In this document: piece by piece, positions 57,901 to 64,000 of the stretch
Layout: every line of letters starts with the position of its first letter
Numbering within the stretch: the stretch's first letter is position 1
Origin: the human T2T-CHM13v2.0 reference genome, Homo sapiens
NCBI RefSeq assembly: GCF_009914755.1
Contig: NC_060940.1
DNA length: 64,000 nucleotides
Direction: 5' to 3' (one strand)
Program-made: the position numbers and the translations under genes
Notes under the pieces: generated by a model
Told to the model about the DNA's origin: nothing
Database searches by the model: none
What the model saw: the letters and a program-made list of their open reading frames with translations, nothing else

Positions 57901-60900
57901 CCATTCGATTCCATACGATGATGATTCCATTCGAGTCCATTCAATGGTGATTCCATTCAATTCCATTCGATGATTCCTTTCGATTCCATTCGATGATGAT
58001 GGCATTCGATTCCTTTCAATCATTCCCTTTGATTCCATTCAAAGGTGATTTCATTCAAGTCCATTCTATAATTGCATTCGATTCCATTCTATGATGATTC
58101 CATTCGAGTCCATTTGATGATTCCATTCAATTCAAGTCAATGATGATTCCATTCGATTCCATTCGATGATTCCATTGGATTCCATTCGATGATGATTCCA
58201 TTCAAATCCATTCGATAATTCAATTCAAGTCCATTCGGTGATGATTAAAATCGAATCCATTCAAAGATTCCATTCAGTTCCATTCGATGATTCCCTTAGA
58301 TTCCATTCGATGATTCCACTTGATTCCATTTACGATGATTCCATTCGATTCCATGTGATGATTCCATTCAATTCTATTCAATGCTGTTTCCATTTGATTC
58401 CATTCGACCATGATTGCCTTTGATTCCATTCAATGACTCCATTCGGTTCCTTTTGATGATGATTCCGTTCGATTCCATTTCATTATTCCATTTGATTCCA
58501 TTGGATGAGTCCATTCGATTACATTCGATGATTATTCCATTCGAGTGCATTAGATGATTCCATTCGAGTCCATTCGATGATTCCATTCGATTCCATTCGA
58601 TGTTGATTCTGTTCAAATCCATTCGATGATTCCACTCGATTCCATTCGATGACTCCAGTTGATCCCATTCGATGATTTCCTTTGATTCCCTTTGATGATC
58701 ATTCCATTTGATTCAATTCGGTGATTTCATTTGATTCCATTCAGTGATGTTTCCATTCGACTCCATTCGATGATGATTCCATTCGACTCCATTCGATTAT
58801 GATTTCATTCAATTCCATTCGATAATGATTCCCTTCGAGTCCATTCGATGATTCCATTCGATTCCATTCAACGATGATTTGATTCGTGTCCATTCGATGA
58901 TTCCATTTGATTCCACTTGATGATGATTCCATTCGAGTCCATTTGATGATTCCATTCAATTCCATTCTCCGATGATTTCTTTTGAGCCCATTCAATGCTT
59001 CCACTCGATTCCATATGATGATGACTCCATTCGATGAAATTCGATGATGATTCCCTTCGCTTGCATTCGATGATGATTCCACTTGAGTCCATTAGAAGAT
59101 TCTATTCAATTACATTCCATGACGATTCCGTTCGAGTCCATTTGATGATTCCATTAGACTCCATTCGACGATGATTCCATTCGATGTTATTCGATGATTC
59201 CATTCGATCTCATTCGATGATGATTCCATTCAACTCCATTCGATGTTTCCATTCGAGTTCATTCTATTATTCCATTAGATTCCATTCGATGATGATTCCA
59301 TTCGATTCCATTTGATGATTGCATTCTATTTCATTTGATGATGATTCCATTCGAGTCCACTCGATGATTCCATTCGAGTCCATTTCATGAATCCATTGGT
59401 TTCAATTCTATGATGATTACATTGGATTCCATTCGTTGATGATTTCATTCGGTTCCATTCAATGATGATTCCATTCAATTCCTTTCAATGTTTCCATTCA
59501 ATTCCATACGATGATGATTCCATTTGATTTGATTCGACAGTGAGCCATTCGATTCAATTCCATGATGATTCTATTTGATTCAATTGGTTGACATTTCCAT
59601 TCGATTCCATTCGATGATGATTCCCTTTGATTCCGTTCAAAGATGATTCCATTCTAGCCCATTCAATCATTCCATTCGATTCTATTCAATGATGATTCCA
59701 TTCATGTCGATTTGGTGATTCCATTTGACTTCATTTGATGATGATTCCTTTCAAGTTCATTAGATGATTCCATTCGATTCCATTTGATGATGATCCCATT
59801 CGAGTCCATTCAGTGATTCCACTCGTTTCCATTCCATGATGATTCCATTCCATTCCATTCAATGATTCCATTCGATTCCGTTTGATGATGATTTCATTCG
59901 AGTCCATTTGATGATTCCATTTGATTCCATTCGATGATGATTCCATTCGAGTCCATTCGATGATTCTATTCGAATCCATTTGATGATTTCTTTTGATTAT
60001 AGTTGGTGATGATTCCATTGGAGTCCATTCAATGATTCCATTCGATTCCACTCGATGGTGATTCCATTAGAGTCCATTTAATGATTCCATTTGATTCCAG
60101 TCTCTGATGATTACATTCGAGTCCATACGATGATTCCACTCAATTCCATATGATGATGATTCCATTCGATTCCATTCGATGATTCCATTCTATTCTATTC
60201 AATGGTGATTCCATTCGAGTACATTAGATGATTACATTCGATTCCATTCAATGATGATTCTATTTGTGTCCCTTAGATGATTCCACATGATTCCATTAGA
60301 TGATGATACTATTTGAGCCCATCCAATGATTCCCTTCGATATCATTCGATGAGGATTCCATTCGATTCAATTCATTGGTGATTCTATTCAATTCAATTCT
60401 TTGATTCCATTCCATTCCATTCGACAATGATTCCATTCGATTTCTTTCGATGATTCCACTCGATTCCACTTGACATTGATTCCCTTCGATTCCATTCAAT
60501 GATTCCATTTGATTCCAGTGGATGATGATTGCCATCGATTCCATTCGATCACTCCATTCTATTCCATTTGATGATGATTACATTCGATTCCATTTGACGA
60601 TTCCATCTGATTCTATTCGAGGATTCCATTTGATTCCATTCGATGATGATTCCATTCGAGTCCATTCGATGATTTCATTCGAGTACATCCAATGATTCCA
60701 TTCGAGTCCATTAGATGATTCCATTTGATTCCATTTGATAATGATTCTACTAGAGTCCATTCAATGACTCCATTCGAGTCCATTCAACAATTCCATTCGA
60801 CTCCATTTGATGATTCCATTCGATTCCATTTGATGATTCCATTCGAGTCCATTTAATCATTACAGACGAGTCCATTTGGTGATTCCACCGGATTTCTTTT

Positions 60901-61018
60901 GATAATGATACCATACAATTACATTTGATGATGATCCCATTCAATTTCATTTGATGATGATTCCATTAGAGTCCATTCGATGATTTCATTCGAGTCCCTT
61001 CACTGATTCCATCCGATT
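54907..61018 (+). repeat. Higher-order unit U10 (6112 bp; U8/U9-like to about 59100-59380, then a different haplotype)
   Basis: Anchors at 54907 and 61019; no 10-bp deletion near 60820; private variants from 59386 onward. Confidence 0.95.
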
Positions 61019-64000
61019 TCATTGGATGATGACTCCATTCGAGTCCATTCGATGATTCCACTCGATTCCATTAGATGATTCCATTGGAGTCCATTTGATT
61101 GTTCCATTCGATTCCATTCGATTCCTTTCGAAGATTATTCCATTTGAGTCCATTCGATGATGATTCCATTCCATTCCATTCGATGATTCCGTTTGATTCC
61201 ATTCGATGATTCCCTTCGATTCCTTTCTTTGATGATTCCATTCCATTCCATTCAATGATTCCATTCGAATCTATTCCATGATGATTCCTTTCGATTCCAT
61301 TCGCTGATGTTTCCGTTCAATTCCATTCGATGATGATTCCATTCGATTCCATTCATTGAGGATTCCATTTGATTCCATTCAATGATGATTCCGTTCTATT
61401 CCATTCAATGATTGCATTCAATTCCATTCAATGATTATCCCCTTAGAGTAAACTCAACGATTCCATTCAATACCATTCGATGATGATTCCTTTTGAGTCC
61501 ATTCAATGATTTCATTCAAGTCCATTTGATGATTCCTTTCAATTCCATTCTATGATGATTCCATTCGAGTCCATTCGATGATTCCATTCGATTGCATTCG
61601 ATGATTCCATTATATTCCATTCAACGATGATTCCATTCGAGTCCATTCGATGATTCCATTAGAGTACATTTAATGATTGCTTTGTTTTCAATTCGAAGAT
61701 GATTACATTGGATTCCATTCTATGATACCATTCGATTCCATTCAATGATGATTCCACTCAAATCCATTGGATGATTCCATTCGTGTCCATTCGGTGATTT
61801 CATTAGATTCCATTCGAGGATGATTCCATTCGATTCCATTCGATGATTCCATTCAATTCCATTCGATGATGATTCCATTCCAGTCCATATGATCATTCCA
61901 TTTGATTTCATTCGATGATGATTCCATTCGATTCCATTCGATGATTCCATTCTATTCCATTCGATGATGATTCCATTCGAGTCCATTCGATGATTCCATT
62001 CGAGTCCATTTAATGATTCCATTGGGTTCAATTCAATGATGATTACATTGGATTCCGTTCTATGATTCCATTCAATTCCGTTCATTGACAATTTGATTCC
62101 ATTCGATGATGATTCCATTTGAGTTCATTCGATGATTCTATTCGATTCTCTTCGATGGTGATTCAATTCTATTATATTGGATGATTCCATTCGATTCCAT
62201 TTGATGTTGATTCAATTCGATTCTATTCGATGATGATTCCATTGGATTTCACTTGATGATTCTATTCGATTCCATTCAATGATGATTCACTTCTCGTCCA
62301 TTGGATGATTCCATTTCATTCCATTCGATGATGATTCCATTCGATTCCATTCGATGATTCCATTTGATTCCATGCGACGGTGAGCAATTCGATTCAATTC
62401 CATGATGATTCTATTTGATTCAATTAGATGATGTTTCCATTCGAATCCATTCCATGATTATTCCATTGGAATCCATTCGGCGATGATTCCATATGAGTCA
62501 ATTCAATGATGATTCCATATGGGTCCGTTCGATGATAATTCCATTTGATTTCATTCGGTGCTTCTATTCAATTCCAGTCGATGATGATTCCGTTGGAGTC
62601 CATACGATGATTCCATTTGATTTCATTTGATGATGATTCCATTCGATGATGATTACATTGGATTCCATTCTATGATTCCATTCAATTCCATTCGTTGATG
62701 ATTCGATTCCATTCAATGATGATTCCATTTGAGTTCATTCGATGATTCTATTCGATTCCGTTCGATGGTGATTCAATTCTCTTATATTGGATGATTCCAC
62801 TCGATTCCATTTGATGATTATTCCATTGGAGTCCACTTAGTGAATCCTTTAGATTCTACTCGAAGATGATTCCATTCGAGTCCATTCGATGATACCATTC
62901 AATTCCATTCGTTGATGCTTCCATTCAAGTGCATTCGATGATATCATTCGATTCCATTTGATGATAATTCCATTTGATTCCATGCGATGATTCTATTCGA
63001 TTCCATTCAATGATAATTCCATTCAATTCAGTGATTCCTCTGGACTCCATTTGATGATGATTCCATTCAATGATTCCATTCGATTCTATTCGAAAATGAT
63101 TCCATTTGAATCCATTTGATGATGATTCCATTAGATTCCATTTGATGATTCCATTCGATTCCATTTGACGATGATTCCATTCGATTCCATTTGATGATTC
63201 CATTCTATTCTATTCGATGATGATTCCATTCGATTCCATTTGATGATGATTGGATTCGATTCCATTTGATGATTTCATTTGATTCCATTCGTTAATGATT
63301 TCGATCAACTCCATTCGATGATTCCATTTGATTCCATTCGATAATGATTACATCCGAGTCCATTCGATGATTCCATTTGAGCCCGTTCGATAATTCCATT
63401 TGAGTCCAATCAATGATTCCATTCATTTCCATTCAATGATTCCATTCGAGTCCATTTGATCATTCCGGTAGGGTCCGTTCGATGTTGATTCCATTGGAGT
63501 GCATTCGATGATTCCATTCGAGTCCATTTTAGGATTTGATTCGAGTCCTTTCGATGATTCCATTCGATTCCACTCGATGATTTCATTCGAGTCCATTCGA
63601 CACTTCCAATCGATTCCATTTGATGTTTCCATTCGAGTCCAATTGATGATTCCATTCAATTCCATTCGATGATGATTCCGTACGATTCCATTCTGTGATG
63701 ATTCCATGTGATTGCATTCAATGATGATTCCTTTCGATTGCATTCGATTATGATTCATTTCGTGTTCATTCTATGGTTCCACAGGTTTCCATTCGATGAT
63801 GTTTCCATTCGTGTCCATTCCATTATTCCATTCTATTCCATTTGAAGATGATTCCATTCGATTCCATTCATTGGTGATTCCACTCAATTCCATTCAATGA
63901 TTCCATTCCATTTCTTTCAACAATGATTCCATTAGTTTCTATTCGATGATCCACTTGATTCCATTTGACGATGATTCCATTCGTGTCCATTCGATGATTC
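61019..64000 (+). repeat. Partial higher-order unit U11 (truncated by window end; 3-bp loss and 16-bp extra segment)
   Basis: Anchor at 61019; one GAT fewer at about 63578; extra ATGATGTTTCCATTCG at 63796-63811. Confidence 0.93.

Larger units (their letters stand above)
1..64000 (+). repeat. Human Satellite II (HSat2/HSATII) tandem array, CATTC-rich strand on +; probably HSat2B (chr16 pericentromeric type)
   Basis: Seen: continuous diverged ATTCCATTCG / GAGTCCATTCG decamers punctuated by ATG or ATGATG, giving ~23/26-bp monomers, with very dense TCGA (TaqI) and GANTC (HinfI) sites. Established: this is the HSat2 signature, whereas HSat3 is mostly pure CATTC runs. Inference: subfamily and chromosome come from the ~6.1-kb period (chr1 HSat2A has ~1.8 kb) and are less certain than the family call. 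Confidence 0.97.

Noticed and set aside
20715-58423. Rare plus-strand ORFs (20715-20921; 46034, 52136, 58238)
   Set aside because: They are created by chance point changes in single unit types and begin at non-ATG codons. They are useful only as variant markers.
702-63758. More than 150 minus-strand ORFs of 60-132 aa (MESSNGIEWNHRM-type)
   Set aside because: They are direct translations of the GAATG-rich strand, which is rich in ATG and poor in stops. They overlap in several frames, are low complexity, repeat with the unit and are gained or lost by single changes. There is no evidence of coding function.
1-64000. CRISPR-like or prokaryotic repeat system suggested by short regularly spaced repeats
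   Set aside because: There are no unique spacers, leader or cas-like ORFs. The intervening sequence is itself satellite, and the whole array repeats at 6.1 kb.
1-64000. HSat3 (e.g. DYZ1 or chr9) or chr1 HSat2A identity
   Set aside because: Pure CATTC runs are short (about 3 copies, e.g. near 5500) and CATTCGATGATG dominates. The period is 6.1 kb, not ~3.5 or ~1.8 kb.
1-64000. Inversion breakpoint or Alu/L1/ERV insertion within the array
   Set aside because: No switch to GAATG on the + strand, no poly(A) tail and no non-satellite tract were seen. Unit lengths are fully explained by small indels.

Overview
The whole 64-kb window is one uninterrupted, single-orientation array of classical human Satellite II (HSat2/HSATII). 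It is built from diverged ~23/26-bp monomers (ATTCCATTCG-ATTCCATTCG-ATG[ATG]) derived from the (CATTC)n pentamer. These monomers form a ~6.1-kb higher-order unit: 10 full copies plus a partial 11th, with lengths 6112, 6112, 6040, 6112, 6112, 6112, 6102, 6102, 6102, 6112. A 6.1-kb period best fits the HSat2B subfamily of the chromosome 16 pericentromeric block (from recalled knowledge; not verified by alignment). I see no genes, RNA genes, transposon insertions, inversions or CRISPR arrays, and every ORF in the track is a translation artefact of the satellite. I do not find a new biological system. What is of interest is the array's internal history: microhomology-flanked indels, a very recent triplication of a chimeric 6102-bp unit, a recent unit duplication, mosaic variant sharing between units up to 55 kb apart, a candidate short intra-unit conversion, and older internal duplications inside the unit. 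Variants were found by eye and are not exhaustive.
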